A DNA stretch of 64,000 bases from Candidatus Chisholmbacteria bacterium RIFCSPHIGHO2_01_FULL_52_32 (GCA_001816585.1 MHCJ01000003.1:650681-714680), one strand, 5' to 3'; shown: positions 9,616-20,553, counted from the stretch's first letter. A program made the numbers and translations. The notes: a model not told the origin generated them from the letters alone.

Positions 9616-10745
9616 TGTTTGAAGAAATCTGCGGTGCGCTGCATGGCTTGGGTGAAGGTTGAGCCCGTGAGATTGTGACCGCCGGAGGGATACTCGAAAA
9701 GCTGGTGGGATATGTCGGTCCCGTTCAGGACGTCCATGAGATTCCGGCTGTAGCCGATTTCCACCACCGCATCATCCCGGGCGTGATGAACCTCAATTGC
9801 TCCCGTGACTCCGTCAAGATAATTGGTTGCGGGGACCTGCCTCCAAAATTCGCTTTCCGGGCTGAACTGCCCGTACAGGTTGAACAACTCGTCCCGCTTT
9901 CTCCTTCGTTCCGAATCCTGGGCTGGCGGTTGGTAACTTCGGTCCGAAATCCGAAACTGGGAAAAATCCTCGTAGGTGTAGACAGCGCCGGCCCAGATTA
10001 CCACTCTTTTGATTTCCGGCATGGCGACGAAACTGCGGAACACCACGTTGCCTGCCATGCTATGTCCCCAAAGTCCTATTCTGTCCGGGTCCACAAACTC
10101 TGCCTTCTTCAGTGCCGCGAAGGCGTTCAATGTATCGATGACGTAGTCCCCGGAATAATAGGAGCCCCCCGGTTCACCTTCCGATTGATCGTGACCTCGC
10201 AGGTCGATCTTGAAAACGACCAGTCCTTGGCGGGCGAGGAAGTCAACGTAGGAGGCGTAGTTGACCAGCGTCCGGTATTGACCGGGCGGGATATAGCCGT
10301 GGACGAAGACCACGGCCGGCCGGCCCCCTACCGGTGATTGACCTTTGGGGATGATGAGCTGTCCGTTGATACGAAAACCATCGGATTGGTAGCTCGTGAG
10401 GTAAGAAGTGTACGATTGGCTTTCCGAGACGAACCGGAGATCGGAAAGAGCGCTGTCGTATTGCCTGCCTCTCAAATACGGAAGGGTAAGTTCGCTGAAG
10501 GGAAATTGCGGGACTGCCGGAGCGGGTGCGGGATCGGCCGGGAGGTTGCCCTCTGCGGACTGAGGGTTTCCTTTCATTTGACCCGGAGATCCTTTGAAAA
10601 GTAATACGATGACGGTTGCGATGCCAACTGCCAGACTAATTCCGAGAATAGCCATCAACCAAATTTTCTTCTGATTGAGCGCGGGAATTCTCAATCTGTC
10701 CCGATCTTTCGACGGTTGGTAGGAGGGTTTCTGATCGCCGGCCAT
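9612..10745 (-). CDS. membrane-anchored alpha/beta hydrolase (S9-like)
   Basis: HGY, GHSMAG nucleophile, DDAVV, GGHNL. Confidence 0.9.
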   Translation of the reverse strand: MAGDQKPSYQPSKDRDRLRIPALNQKKIWLMAILGISLAVGIATVIVLLFKGSPGQMKGNPQSAEGNLPADPAPAPAVPQFPFSELTLPYLRGRQYDSALSDLRFVSESQSYTSYLTSYQSDGFRINGQLIIPKGQSPVGGRPAVVFVHGYIPPGQYRTLVNYASYVDFLARQGLVVFKIDLRGHDQSEGEPGGSYYSGDYVIDTLNAFAALKKAEFVDPDRIGLWGHSMAGNVVFRSFVAMPEIKRVVIWAGAVYTYEDFSQFRISDRSYQPPAQDSERRRKRDELFNLYGQFSPESEFWRQVPATNYLDGVTGAIEVHHARDDAVVEIGYSRNLMDVLNGTDISHQLFEYPSGGHNLTGSTFTQAMQRTADFFKQ

Positions 10746-10842
10746 CCATCCAGTATATATCAGCGGCCGATCCGCCCTCCGCTTTGGAAAACTCATGGTA
10801 TACTGGTCTTTCTCATCGGGAAATAGCTTCCCCATAGAACTC

Positions 10843-11991
10843 ATGCGAAAAACCCGGTTCCTACTCCTTACCGTTTTAATCCTGTCTGCGGCTGTCGGCT
10901 GGATACTTTCCCGAAACTCTCAACGGGACTACAGCCTGACTCCGCCTCCGCCCCCCGATGTTGTCGAACCGAAGCCGACCCAATCTTCCGCTACCGAAGA
11001 ACCTAATGGCGGTCCGGATCGGGAGGTTGTCGCCGACGGCTTACAGATTCCTTGGGAAATCCTGTTTCTGCCCGACGGCAAGCTTCTGGTCAGCGAACGG
11101 CCGGGAAGGCTGCTACTCATCGGAACGGACCGGCATGCAATCGAGGTTTCCGGGGTGCGCCATGTGGGTGAGGGCGGACTGCTCGGACTGGCCATGCATC
11201 CGGATTTTGAACGGAACGGTCTTTTGTACCTTTACCTCACCAGCCAAGAGAACGGGCAAATCGTCAACCGCGTGGAACGCTACCTTCTGGACGGCGCCTC
11301 CCTTTCTCAGCGGGAGGTGATCCTGGAAGGGATCCGGGGAGCGTCCAACCACGACGGCGGACGGATCGCGTTTGGACCTGACGGCTTCCTGTACATCGGA
11401 ACCGGCGACGCGCAACAGGCTCAAACAGCCCAGGACACAAACTCCCTGAACGGAAAGATTCTGAGGATTAGGGATGACGGAACCATCCCTGCGGATAACC
11501 CGTTCGGAAATGCCGTGTATTCGTACGGTCACCGCAACGTCCAGGGCTTGGCATGGGACGATCAAGGCCGCCTGTGGGCGACCGAGCACGGAAGGAGCGG
11601 CGTCCTCTCCGGGTTGGACGAGCTGAACCTGATTGAGAGAGGAAAAAATTACGGATGGCCGGAAATCCAAGGGGATGAACAACGGGAAGGTATGGTTCGG
11701 CCTCAGATCCACTCCGGAAACGAGACCTGGGCTCCGTCCGGAGCCGAATACATCGGTGGGACTATCTTCTTTGCAGGGCTTCGAGGCGAGTCGTTGTACG
11801 AGGCAAAGGTTGAAGGCGGACGAGTCGTCGCATTTTCCAGGCAATTGCAGGGAGAGTACGGCAGGCTGCGCAGCGTCCGACTCGGACCGGACGGCTACCT
11901 GTACCTTTTAACCAGCAATCGTGACGGCAGAGGGTCACCGCAGAACGACGACGACCGGATTATCCGGATTCATCCGCGGATCCTGCGCTAG
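10843..11991 (+). CDS. PQQ-dependent glucose/sorbosone dehydrogenase family protein
   Basis: GEGGLLG, HDGGRIAFGPDG, YGHRNVQGL, NYGWP; N-terminal TM. Confidence 0.92.
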   Translation: MRKTRFLLLTVLILSAAVGWILSRNSQRDYSLTPPPPPDVVEPKPTQSSATEEPNGGPDREVVADGLQIPWEILFLPDGKLLVSERPGRLLLIGTDRHAIEVSGVRHVGEGGLLGLAMHPDFERNGLLYLYLTSQENGQIVNRVERYLLDGASLSQREVILEGIRGASNHDGGRIAFGPDGFLYIGTGDAQQAQTAQDTNSLNGKILRIRDDGTIPADNPFGNAVYSYGHRNVQGLAWDDQGRLWATEHGRSGVLSGLDELNLIERGKNYGWPEIQGDEQREGMVRPQIHSGNETWAPSGAEYIGGTIFFAGLRGESLYEAKVEGGRVVAFSRQLQGEYGRLRSVRLGPDGYLYLLTSNRDGRGSPQNDDDRIIRIHPRILR

Positions 11992-12150
11992 TTTGTACGT
12001 GACTCGAACATTCTTCGGCGTTTTCAGCTTTGGCTGATATTCTTTCCGACGCGCGATGCATCATTTGAGTAAGACCTCCCTTTCCATCATGTTCCTTACG
12101 TTATCAAATATTTCCGGGATATTTAAGTGGTATTTCCGTATCGACTGCCA

Positions 12151-12189
12151 TTGACATAGTAGTCCTTTTAAGGTATCTTTAAAGGACTA
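12151..12189 (+). promoter_or_regulatory. TA promoter with operator palindrome
   Basis: TTGACA-N17-TATCTT overlapped by TAGTCCTTT-N12-AAAGGACTA. Confidence 0.75.
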
Positions 12190-12458
12190 TGATTCAACAA
12201 GTTTTTGGGATCAAACAATTTCAGACTCAGCTTCCCGCTATCGCGAAAAAGATTCGTGAGGTGGGGGGTCACTACTTGGTCACCAATCGCAATCAACCGA
12301 GCTTGGTCGCCCTTCCTTTTGAAGACTACAAAGCAATAGAAGATATTCTTCTTGAACTTAATTCTCCTTCCCTAAAACGCGAAATACGCAGAGGCAGAAA
12401 AGAATACCAAAAAGGGAAAGCCCGTCCTTTCAGAGATATCATCAAAGAGAATGAGTAG
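12189..12458 (+). CDS. Phd/YefM family antitoxin
   Basis: YLVTNRNQPSLV..EDYKAIED; overlaps the downstream toxin gene. Confidence 0.85.
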   Translation: MIQQVFGIKQFQTQLPAIAKKIREVGGHYLVTNRNQPSLVALPFEDYKAIEDILLELNSPSLKREIRRGRKEYQKGKARPFRDIIKENE

Positions 12459-12714
12459 ATACAAAATCTATCTCACTACAAGGGCGGAAAAAGATTTTAA
12501 GAAATTATCTCCACAAGTTAAAGAGCGGATCAAAACAGAAACACTTCGTTCAGAAACATCAAGATATCCCCAGCAATTCAAATCACTCGTAGGGAACGAT
12601 ATCTCTCAATACCGGCTTCGGATCGGTGACTATCGAGTTCTCTACGATGTCTACGGTGATGATAAGGTGGTTTTAATTCTCCGGATCGGCCACAGGAAAG
12701 ACATTTATCGCTAG
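12451..12714 (+). CDS. RelE/ParE family toxin
   Basis: YRLRIGDYRVLY..GHRKDIYR. Confidence 0.92.
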   Translation: MSRYKIYLTTRAEKDFKKLSPQVKERIKTETLRSETSRYPQQFKSLVGNDISQYRLRIGDYRVLYDVYGDDKVVLILRIGHRKDIYR

Positions 12715-12869
12715 ATCGGCTCTAGCGAATCGGCACAAGGCCATAGCCTGAGGCTGGAGTTCACATCGTTGCCTTCTCCCCTTTTCCCTTCCTCAAGGGA
12801 TGTGGTAGGATATTTAATAGATGCAACCATAAAATATCCTTCGTTGTTTCGGCAAGCGTTCATCAGATT

Positions 12870-13448
12870 ATGACCGGCTCACAACTTGATAAAATCCGCA
12901 CGTTTACTGCAGAGGAGATGAAAAAAAGCCTCGATCCCCAACACGATTTTGTCCACCTGGAACGGGTGCGGACGAATGCTTTACGGATTGCAGATCTTCT
13001 GGATCTTAACGGCGCTATCGACCGCAACCTCCTGTCGGCGATTTGCTATCTTCACGACCTTGCGTTTACCGCTCGCAAACCGGGCCTTCGGACGTGGTTT
13101 TTTGAGGGACGTTTTGTGAAAAAGCGGCTCAAGCGTTTAACCCTTTTGGATCGCCTCGGCGTTTCTCAAGAGGAAAAACGAATCATGTTTACCGCGATTA
13201 TTCGCCATCCGCTGGCCTTTCCGCTTCGACGGCTGAACCGGCGGCGTGATTACTATACGCAACTCCTGCAGGACGCGGATACCCTGGATTTTTATAGTGC
13301 GGAGAGGCTCGCTTCATTTACCGTTTCCCGCCAACGCTTCCTCTTCTACCGGGTCTGCTCCGTTTTTGCCGGTTTCTCCTATCGGCTCTACAATCGCAAT
13401 ATCCATAAGTATCTCAACTTCCCCCAACTGGCAGAACATTTTCTGTAA
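12870..13448 (+). CDS. HD-domain protein
   Basis: HDFVH..RV, YLHDL, QDADTLD. Confidence 0.85.
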   Translation: MTGSQLDKIRTFTAEEMKKSLDPQHDFVHLERVRTNALRIADLLDLNGAIDRNLLSAICYLHDLAFTARKPGLRTWFFEGRFVKKRLKRLTLLDRLGVSQEEKRIMFTAIIRHPLAFPLRRLNRRRDYYTQLLQDADTLDFYSAERLASFTVSRQRFLFYRVCSVFAGFSYRLYNRNIHKYLNFPQLAEHFL

Positions 13449-13596
13449 GGATGTCTATCCGCCATTTTTCCAACCCGGGCAAGTCCGGCGCACCCGAAAA
13501 AGAACGAGGATGCCATTGGGTATGATGTTTTTTTGGGCTGGGGTGTTTTATGGGGTCGGCGGACGGGAGAAGCCACTGGCTTCATGCCCTGGAGTC

Positions 13597-14460
13597 TCAG
13601 AGGATGACGCTGTCAGAAGCCTCTATGTTTTTTGGCTTTTCCATGATGTAGACATCCTGGTTGTAGGCGTCAGTACCGACCAAGGTCGCCTCGCCGCGGA
13701 CCACCGCCTCAAGCGGACGGCAAGTTCGGCAGCCGTTACTTCGGCATTTGAACCTTTTTAACTGACGGGCGAGCTTGATCTCCTTGGCAATCTTCAGAAC
13801 CTTTTTTTCAGCGTCTTTGGGTTTCGGTAACGGTACCTTTTTCGGAGAGTCGCTTTGCTCTAAATACCAATAGCTCATCTTTGAGACGGGATGCTGCTGG
13901 CACCTCTGCGCCAGAAGGAAATAGATGGGAAGCTGGAGGGAACGCGGATCTTCCTCTCGCACCCCGGTTTTAAAATCGATGATGTGTACGGAATCGTCGG
14001 GAAGGTATTCCAGCCAATCGATCTTTCCGCAGAGGATGATGTTATCTGCCTCCGAGAGCCAGAAGTACGGGAGATCCATTTTGATTTTAACGGCAAGGCG
14101 CGCCAGCGGGCCGGGATGATTGACAATGCGCTTGATCATCGCTTTGCCGCGGGCTTTGTACGCGCTTTCGGTCTTTTCGTCGGTAAATCCCCCGCGAACT
14201 CCGCTTACTTTTTGCCAAACATGATCGAACCGCATTGCCAGCGGTTCCCTGAAGCGCTTTTCCGAAGGGAGGTGTGAAAGCGTCTCAATGACTTCATGAA
14301 TGGCTTGGCCCAAGGCGAGGGGCGGGCTTATGACGGTGATCTTGTGACCGGTTACTGGATCGCGGTAGATGTTGTTTAAGAAGTACGCGCGCGGGCAGTT
14401 TACAAAATCGGTGATTGAGGAATGCGAAACCCAGACGGCCGTGTATTTATCTCCGGGCAT
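13597..14460 (-). CDS. PD-(D/E)XK nuclease family protein (RecB/AddB/Cas4-like)
   Basis: SHSSI..CPRAY, GKIDW..IIDFKTG, QLPIY, C-terminal Cys cluster CRSNGCRTC. Confidence 0.88.
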   Translation of the reverse strand: MPGDKYTAVWVSHSSITDFVNCPRAYFLNNIYRDPVTGHKITVISPPLALGQAIHEVIETLSHLPSEKRFREPLAMRFDHVWQKVSGVRGGFTDEKTESAYKARGKAMIKRIVNHPGPLARLAVKIKMDLPYFWLSEADNIILCGKIDWLEYLPDDSVHIIDFKTGVREEDPRSLQLPIYFLLAQRCQQHPVSKMSYWYLEQSDSPKKVPLPKPKDAEKKVLKIAKEIKLARQLKRFKCRSNGCRTCRPLEAVVRGEATLVGTDAYNQDVYIMEKPKNIEASDSVIL

Positions 14461-15067
14461 AGGCTCCTTTATGAAAACTTTTTTCCTCGTCTGTTGCGAG
14501 GAGTTCCAGAGTGGTCTTTCCGATATCGACGGGGGCGCCTGAACTGCGGACCATCGTTTGCCAAAGTTTGAGATGCCCGTCAAGGTTCCGGTAGAGCGTA
14601 TCCCTTGCAAGGTTTTTGTTTTGCTCAAAGCTTCTTTCCTCTTCGTTCTTCGCCGAGAAGGAAGTCGGAAGATGGGTGGCGCGTACAGCCGTCCGTTTCT
14701 TTTGCCTGTGCTGACCGCCGGCTTTGACACTGGCAATCGTCCCCTTAAACTCGATGTCTTCCTCCTTCACGAACGGAAATCCTTGTGCGAGTGATTCCTC
14801 TACCCATCTGACGTAGCGCCTGAGCCTGTTTTCCTCTTCTGGGGTCTCCGACGAAAAATGTCTTTCGAGGAGCCGGCTTTGAATTTTTTCCAGGGCTTCT
14901 TTTCTTCGCTGGTCGCGGGCTGCCCGAATCTCCGCGGCATGTTGCACTCTCCCGCTTGCCGTCGGTCCCGGCTTTTTTCTTTTGCCGGACCTCACTCTTT
15001 CGCGGCGTTTGGCTTTGGTCGTTAGGTCTTCAAAATCATCAAACATATCCGGATCTACCTCGCTCAT
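14447..15067 (-). CDS. peptide chain release factor-like protein (GGQ domain)
   Basis: AGGQHRQKKRTAVRATHLPT..ERSFEQNKNLA. Confidence 0.85.
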   Translation of the reverse strand: MSEVDPDMFDDFEDLTTKAKRRERVRSGKRKKPGPTASGRVQHAAEIRAARDQRRKEALEKIQSRLLERHFSSETPEEENRLRRYVRWVEESLAQGFPFVKEEDIEFKGTIASVKAGGQHRQKKRTAVRATHLPTSFSAKNEEERSFEQNKNLARDTLYRNLDGHLKLWQTMVRSSGAPVDIGKTTLELLATDEEKSFHKGAYARR

Positions 15068-15139
15068 GAGCCAAGTGTATCATACCCCCTTTTGACTACG
15101 GATCGAATACTCCATGCTCCTTATGGTAGAGTGATGGTA

Positions 15140-16339
15140 ATGCACTTCAGACTGCCCATCAAGAAGTTTTCACCTCTTCACTTCGCTTTGTGGTTGAGCC
15201 TTGGTTTGATCATCATCGGGCTTTTTTCCGGAGCTATCCTCTTTTCTTTCCGGATGCGTACCCTTACCGGAGAACGGAATGATCTCGGTGCCAAACTGCA
15301 GACAACCGGAGAGGAACTCGCACGGACGGTTGCGGATCTTGAAGCGCTGAAAAACGAAGACCAGTACAAGAAAAACCAGGAGCTCAATTCGGAAATCCAA
15401 AACATCCAGAAAACCTACACTTCGGCCGTCGCAACCTATGAGGAGCTCCTCAAACTTAAAGAACAATCCGCAAAAACGGAGAAGCTCGACGATGCGTTCA
15501 CCGGAGCGTTGGTCCTTCTCTCCAAGCGAAACTACGCTTCGGCATCGGCAACCCTCACAGCGCTCAATCAGGACATCAAAACCGAGCAGGACAAAATTGC
15601 GGCGACGTTTAAAATCCCTGAAAACGTCCCGACCCAAAATGCGCCTCCGGGATCGGGGTACAGCCGACAACGAGTTGAAACCGATGTCGGCACCTTCATG
15701 GTCTCGGTCGTGGCCGCTGATTTGGGCTCGACCCGGGTGATCGTCGATACCGCCTCCGATTCCGACTGCCGCGATAACTGTCCTGTGTTGCCTTTGGCAA
15801 CCTACGTGGCGCGGAGCGGGGCGTTTGCCGGGGTGAACGGCTCCTATTTCTGCCCGGCTGCGTACCCTTCCTGCGCCGGGAAAACCAACAGTTTTGATAC
15901 CTTGGCGATGAACAAAAATAAGGTCTACCTTAACTCCGACAACAATGTCTACAGCACGGTGCCGGCGGTTATTTTCGGGAGCGGGTGGGTGCGGTTCGTC
16001 GGTCAGTCGCTCGAATGGGGCCGGGACACGGGTGTGGACGGCGTCGTTGCCAACTATCCCCTGCTCGTTTCCGGCGGGAACATCGCCTTCGGCGGAAGTG
16101 AGGACCCGAAACTCGGCAATAAGGGCTCGCGGAGCTTTACGGCAAACAAAGGGAATACCATATATATCGGGGTCGTCCATAGTGCGACGGTCGGCGAGTC
16201 CGCGCATGTTATCAAGGCGCTCGGGATGGACAATGCACTCAATCTGGATGACGGAGGATCAACCGCTCTCTGGTCCGGCGGATATAAGGTAGGACCGGGG
16301 CGGGATCTTCCCAATGTGGTGCTGTTTGTCCGGAAATAA
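15140..16339 (+). CDS. membrane-anchored coiled-coil phosphodiester glycosidase (NAGPA-like) protein
   Basis: AGVNGSYF and ALNLDDGGST motifs; TM plus coiled coil. Confidence 0.82.
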   Translation: MHFRLPIKKFSPLHFALWLSLGLIIIGLFSGAILFSFRMRTLTGERNDLGAKLQTTGEELARTVADLEALKNEDQYKKNQELNSEIQNIQKTYTSAVATYEELLKLKEQSAKTEKLDDAFTGALVLLSKRNYASASATLTALNQDIKTEQDKIAATFKIPENVPTQNAPPGSGYSRQRVETDVGTFMVSVVAADLGSTRVIVDTASDSDCRDNCPVLPLATYVARSGAFAGVNGSYFCPAAYPSCAGKTNSFDTLAMNKNKVYLNSDNNVYSTVPAVIFGSGWVRFVGQSLEWGRDTGVDGVVANYPLLVSGGNIAFGGSEDPKLGNKGSRSFTANKGNTIYIGVVHSATVGESAHVIKALGMDNALNLDDGGSTALWSGGYKVGPGRDLPNVVLFVRK

Positions 16340-16513
16340 ACGTCGTTCTTCTTCCGGAAAAATTCGTTCGTCACGTTGATTCAATCTCCGGTTCACGTTT
16401 TAAGCGGTCTTTGAAAAGATTGCGGGAATGTGTATACTGTAGCTGCGGTCTCGGAAAATTCTCTAACGAGGATTGGATGAGGCCGCACTTTTATGGTCCG
16501 GCGTCGACCCTAG

Positions 16514-17191
16514 TCACGTTGATCGTTTAGAAGTTTTTTCAATAAGTGAAGCCTCGTCAATGTTGGCTTTGTTTACGGCTTTTCCTACCGGATAGGCTTC
16601 AAGCTGTGATGCATCGCTTGGCCGTAACATCGGTAACAATTGCTGGGGGTCCTGAATGGCCGGGTCAAGCCATGTTTCCTCGTCGGTATCCGTCAGGATT
16701 GCCGGCATCCGGTTGTGAATCCTGGAAACGATCGCATTCGGAGTGGTGGTCATAATCGTGAAACTTTTTATGGGATACCCTTCGGCATCTTTCCAGACGT
16801 CATACAATCCCGCAAAGCCCAAGAATTTTCCGTCCTTGCGATGGATATAGAACGGCTGGCTGCCATTTTCGTTTTTCATCCATTCATAAAACCCGTTGGC
16901 CGGAACAATACACCGCTGGGTCCGGAACGGCTTTCTGAATGCCGGCTTTACGGCCACGGTTTCAGTACGGGCATTGATGAGCGAATAACCAATGCGCGGA
17001 TCCTTCGCCCAGTGGGGAATCAATCCCCAGCGCATCAGTACTGCCTGATTAGGACTGTGGCGCGTGACCACCGGCACCATTGATCCGGGCGCAATATTGT
17101 AGCGGTCCTCAACCTCGATATCGTTTTCAATATCAAAACGCGTGGTAAAGGCACTTTTCCCGCCGGGAGTGAAAACAAACCTGCCGCACAT
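16514..17191 (-). CDS. SOS response-associated peptidase (SRAP/YedK family)
   Basis: MCGRF start, RWGLIP, INARTET, GFYEW, HNRMP. Confidence 0.95.
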   Translation of the reverse strand: MCGRFVFTPGGKSAFTTRFDIENDIEVEDRYNIAPGSMVPVVTRHSPNQAVLMRWGLIPHWAKDPRIGYSLINARTETVAVKPAFRKPFRTQRCIVPANGFYEWMKNENGSQPFYIHRKDGKFLGFAGLYDVWKDAEGYPIKSFTIMTTTPNAIVSRIHNRMPAILTDTDEETWLDPAIQDPQQLLPMLRPSDASQLEAYPVGKAVNKANIDEASLIEKTSKRST

Positions 17192-17533
17192 ACTGGCCTA
17201 TTCCTGATTAACTAGCGGAAGTATAGCAAACACAGTGAGTGGGTACACCAGATTATGAAATGGCGGTATGAAGCCACCGATCCGAAGTGTCCGTTCAGAG
17301 GTTGCCGAGGGCCTTCGTGATTGCCTCACGGATGTTACAACCGCTATGCCATCCGTTTAAATACACTAACGTTTGCTTGTTTGCGTTATGGTTTCGGAGA
17401 TAGTATTCGTTGATCTGCCCACCTTTACTGATGAGCAGACTGATGAGTTCCTCGACTGAGGGTTTATTCTCGATACTTCATTGTACCACCACTATTCTGC
17501 TGTTGGGAAGGGAGGGTTCGGCGCTTTCCTCTT

Positions 17534-18085
17534 TCACGGAAAACAATTCGGCCAAAGTGCGCTTCTGCCGACGGAAATGAGATAAGCAGCAGTTTGAACA
17601 GATTCCTCGGCGTTGTAGCGTAAGGCTGGGTCGGCGTCCTCACCCATGACAGTTCGGTTGCTTTTCCAAGCTGTCGGTCCGAATTGATACAGACCGACAT
17701 AGGGGCCGTTTACTGCATTGGGATTAAAACCGGATTCGCAAACTGCAACATGCCTGAGGATATTGGGATCAACCCCATACTGGGCGGAAAAGCGTTCGAT
17801 AGAGGTTTGTATTTCCTGGGAAGAAACAGGGGGTGGCGGCGTCGGTGTCGGTATGGGAGTGGGACTGGGAGTTGGGATTGGCGTCGGGGTCGGCATTGGT
17901 GTTGGTGTTGGTGTCGGTGCCGGCGTTGGAGTTGGTGCCGGCGTTGGCGAAGGAGACGGTGTCGGAGAGGGCGTAAAAACCGTGCTTAGCACATTTCCGG
18001 ACTCCGTCCTTGAAAGCGCCCAAATTGTTCCCGGGACACCTGACAAAAAGAGTCCGACCAGAAAGTATTTTACGAGAGGGTTCAT
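17534..18085 (-). CDS. membrane-anchored lytic transglycosylase-like protein with Pro/Thr linker
   Basis: TM, (PT)n tract, [17 protein letters not shown]. Confidence 0.85.
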   Translation of the reverse strand: MNPLVKYFLVGLFLSGVPGTIWALSRTESGNVLSTVFTPSPTPSPSPTPAPTPTPAPTPTPTPMPTPTPIPTPSPTPIPTPTPPPPVSSQEIQTSIERFSAQYGVDPNILRHVAVCESGFNPNAVNGPYVGLYQFGPTAWKSNRTVMGEDADPALRYNAEESVQTAAYLISVGRSALWPNCFP

Positions 18086-18713
18086 CGCGCCAAATTATAG
18101 CACTCGGCAGCGAGGATGCATCGAGATCCCGAGGGAAAAGATCTTTTTTTGATTTTTTAGTGTAGTGGCGATTTGGAAGCGTCTTCTAAACGGAGAGATG
18201 AGCGGGGGGGGATGCAGTTTATTAGGGGGGTTACGGTGGAGAACTTGTTTCTACTCCTGATCTTCATCTTTTCGCATTTCAACATCCGTCATCGCCGGTA
18301 TCCATCCCAGCTTGGCGCAGGCAGCAAAAATGGTCTCCGCCTGGACCTCCACTTCATCCTGTGTTGATCTGTTTTTCATTCTATACGTTTTCATAGAACA
18401 AATATGACCTTTAATTAAATGAAGTAACTTGATGGGCAGGAGGTGCACCGTTGTTTCACCTTCGATCAAAATAGGCCGATAGTGTAGCATACATAGCCTA
18501 TAATTGCAAATTGTTCAACATACCTTCCACTCTGACGCCTATCGGTATCTTTCCGGTGTATTTTATCCGTAAAAGAATTTACTATTCCCGGAAAGAAAGG
18601 AGAGAAAAATTGAACAACCTAAGATTGGGTCCGGTGTTTATGTGTTACGCGAGGATCCGAGGGTATTTAGCCGTCATGTGTTTTTCCATCCCGAATATTG
18701 TTCATTTTCTGAG

Positions 18714-19763
18714 TTAATCCCCGAGATTTTCTTTATTCAAATTAAAATTTACCTTATAGGTGTACAGTGTAATATCTTTTTGATCTTGAAGAGAATACTT
18801 CAACTTCTCTTCTGCTTCAAGAACGATAATTACTCCTTTCACCATCCTGCCATTCGCTAGTTTTCTTTTTACCCAAGAAATATAGCGAAGTGTTTGTCCG
18901 ACTACCGCATCAGATGACCTTCCCTTTTTGAGTTCAATAATAAGATATTTCTTATCATCTTTTGACTTCACGAGAATATCGATAAATCCTATATCTGTGG
19001 AGTATTGCTTACTTTCCAACTCATTTCCCTCACTATATAACAGCTCATACTCATCGCCGAAGATCGTTTTATTCCAGTTTGCGATAAGAAAGTCTTCGAG
19101 GTGCTTTTCCATTCCGAATACTGCGGGATCTTCAATACCATGTTCTCTTAATTCTTCCTCAATTTGATCTTCGTTCTCTTCTTCTTTTTCCGCGACAGGA
19201 CTTGCTCCTACGATATCCCCAAGTACTCCGTCCAGTTGCCACAAGCTGATATTATGCATCGTCGATAACTCAAGAAGTACTGCATTAATATTTTTATATT
19301 TGTTGCCAAACTTATCGTTTCTTTGAAAATCAGGAAAGAGATTCAATTTTTTTAGAGCAGTCTCACTTTTCGTATTCCATACGCCATATTTTTCCGGATA
19401 AACAACAAGAAGAATTGCGGTTATTACGGCTCGACCTATCCCTTTTACCCACAAACCACCATGTTCAATAAATTCAGTATTCAGTCTCTTTTCAATAGGC
19501 ATTTTTTCATCCAAGACATATTTTAAAAATCGTCTAAGAGCATCCATATCTGAAGTTATCAGTGTCCCTTGTCTGTGGATACCCTCCCAATGAAGGTTGT
19601 TTTTTGTCAGGAGGAAGGATTTAAAATCTTCCTTTGAGAGCTTGTCAAGCTGTGATGGATGGAATACCTTGCCGTATTTACCGATTACCTGCCGTTCAGA
19701 ATCTTTCCACCAGGGGCTTTTAGCTTTTTCGGCAATGGTTGTTTGAATCAAATCTTGTCCCAT
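18714..19763 (-). CDS. NucS/DUF91-like PD-(D/E)XK endonuclease domain protein
   Basis: EKHLEDFL..IDIL..IIELKK..VVGQTLRY; AT-rich. Confidence 0.82.
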   Translation of the reverse strand: MGQDLIQTTIAEKAKSPWWKDSERQVIGKYGKVFHPSQLDKLSKEDFKSFLLTKNNLHWEGIHRQGTLITSDMDALRRFLKYVLDEKMPIEKRLNTEFIEHGGLWVKGIGRAVITAILLVVYPEKYGVWNTKSETALKKLNLFPDFQRNDKFGNKYKNINAVLLELSTMHNISLWQLDGVLGDIVGASPVAEKEEENEDQIEEELREHGIEDPAVFGMEKHLEDFLIANWNKTIFGDEYELLYSEGNELESKQYSTDIGFIDILVKSKDDKKYLIIELKKGRSSDAVVGQTLRYISWVKRKLANGRMVKGVIIVLEAEEKLKYSLQDQKDITLYTYKVNFNLNKENLGD

Positions 19764-19878
19764 AGTTTATCCTGGCAGGATTATTCCAGATAAGAAAAGC
19801 TGGAAGAGAAAATTCAAATCCCGAAGCGTCTTCGCGTATCTCTTCAATATCGAAAGATCGGACTTCTTGACAGCATTG

Positions 19879-20553
19879 TTATTTTTTCCCAGACAGAACG
19901 ACCATGGCTTTGTCTCCCAACAACAGCCGTAACAGAGGATTACTTAATCGGTCTTTCGTCGGATGGAACTTTTTTAACAGGTTGTAACTGTTATTCAATA
20001 CGCTTTCGGCTGTATCAGCTTCATTGAGCAACATTGTTTGATAGATCTCCAGGCATGTTTCTTTTTGTGTTTCCTCTAATTGCTCAAAGCTAAAATAACA
20101 GTCAGACAAACGGCTTTGCTGCAATCTGTAATCCAGTTCCACTAGCTCATTTGCGCTTTCTATTGCAGAGCTGTAGTAGATTTGTATTTCTCCCTGAATT
20201 TCAGGATCAAGTTCGACGGTATATTTGATGGCTTCAGAGTTTTGCCATACATTGCTGATGTATTTGAGAGGAGTATGGTAGTAATTCGGTAATTGTTTTT
20301 CCCTCACCTGATTTTCGTTCTGCTCTATTCTGACGCCGGCCCGTATGGCATTTGTGACGATTTCATTTTCGACTGCCTCGAGGATCCTTTGTTTCTGGAT
20401 GACTTCCTGAAGCTGTACTGTGGCAATATTGACGACAAGGCTGAATACCGCGCCGAAGATGAGCCCTCCCACGAAGTTATCGATTCTCGACTTCTTCAGG
20501 ATCCGGAAAGGCCAGGTGAAGAAATAGGTTATTGAGCTGATGAGTCTCCTCAT
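19879..20553 (-). CDS. hypothetical membrane protein
   Basis: 224-aa ORF, one TM segment. Confidence 0.7.
   Translation of the reverse strand: MRRLISSITYFFTWPFRILKKSRIDNFVGGLIFGAVFSLVVNIATVQLQEVIQKQRILEAVENEIVTNAIRAGVRIEQNENQVREKQLPNYYHTPLKYISNVWQNSEAIKYTVELDPEIQGEIQIYYSSAIESANELVELDYRLQQSRLSDCYFSFEQLEETQKETCLEIYQTMLLNEADTAESVLNNSYNLLKKFHPTKDRLSNPLLRLLLGDKAMVVLSGKK

Noticed and set aside
13597-14460. cas4 of a CRISPR-Cas system
   Set aside because: Solo PD-(D/E)XK nuclease in a non-cas context, 12 kb from the Cas2-like gene
17718-18152. Gly-Val repeat ORF
   Set aside because: Antisense reading of the Pro-Thr linker in the transglycosylase gene
18251-18490. 79-aa ORF or gene remnant at the islet boundary
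   Set aside because: Spans a composition shift, with no recognisable domain or SD; cannot be supported
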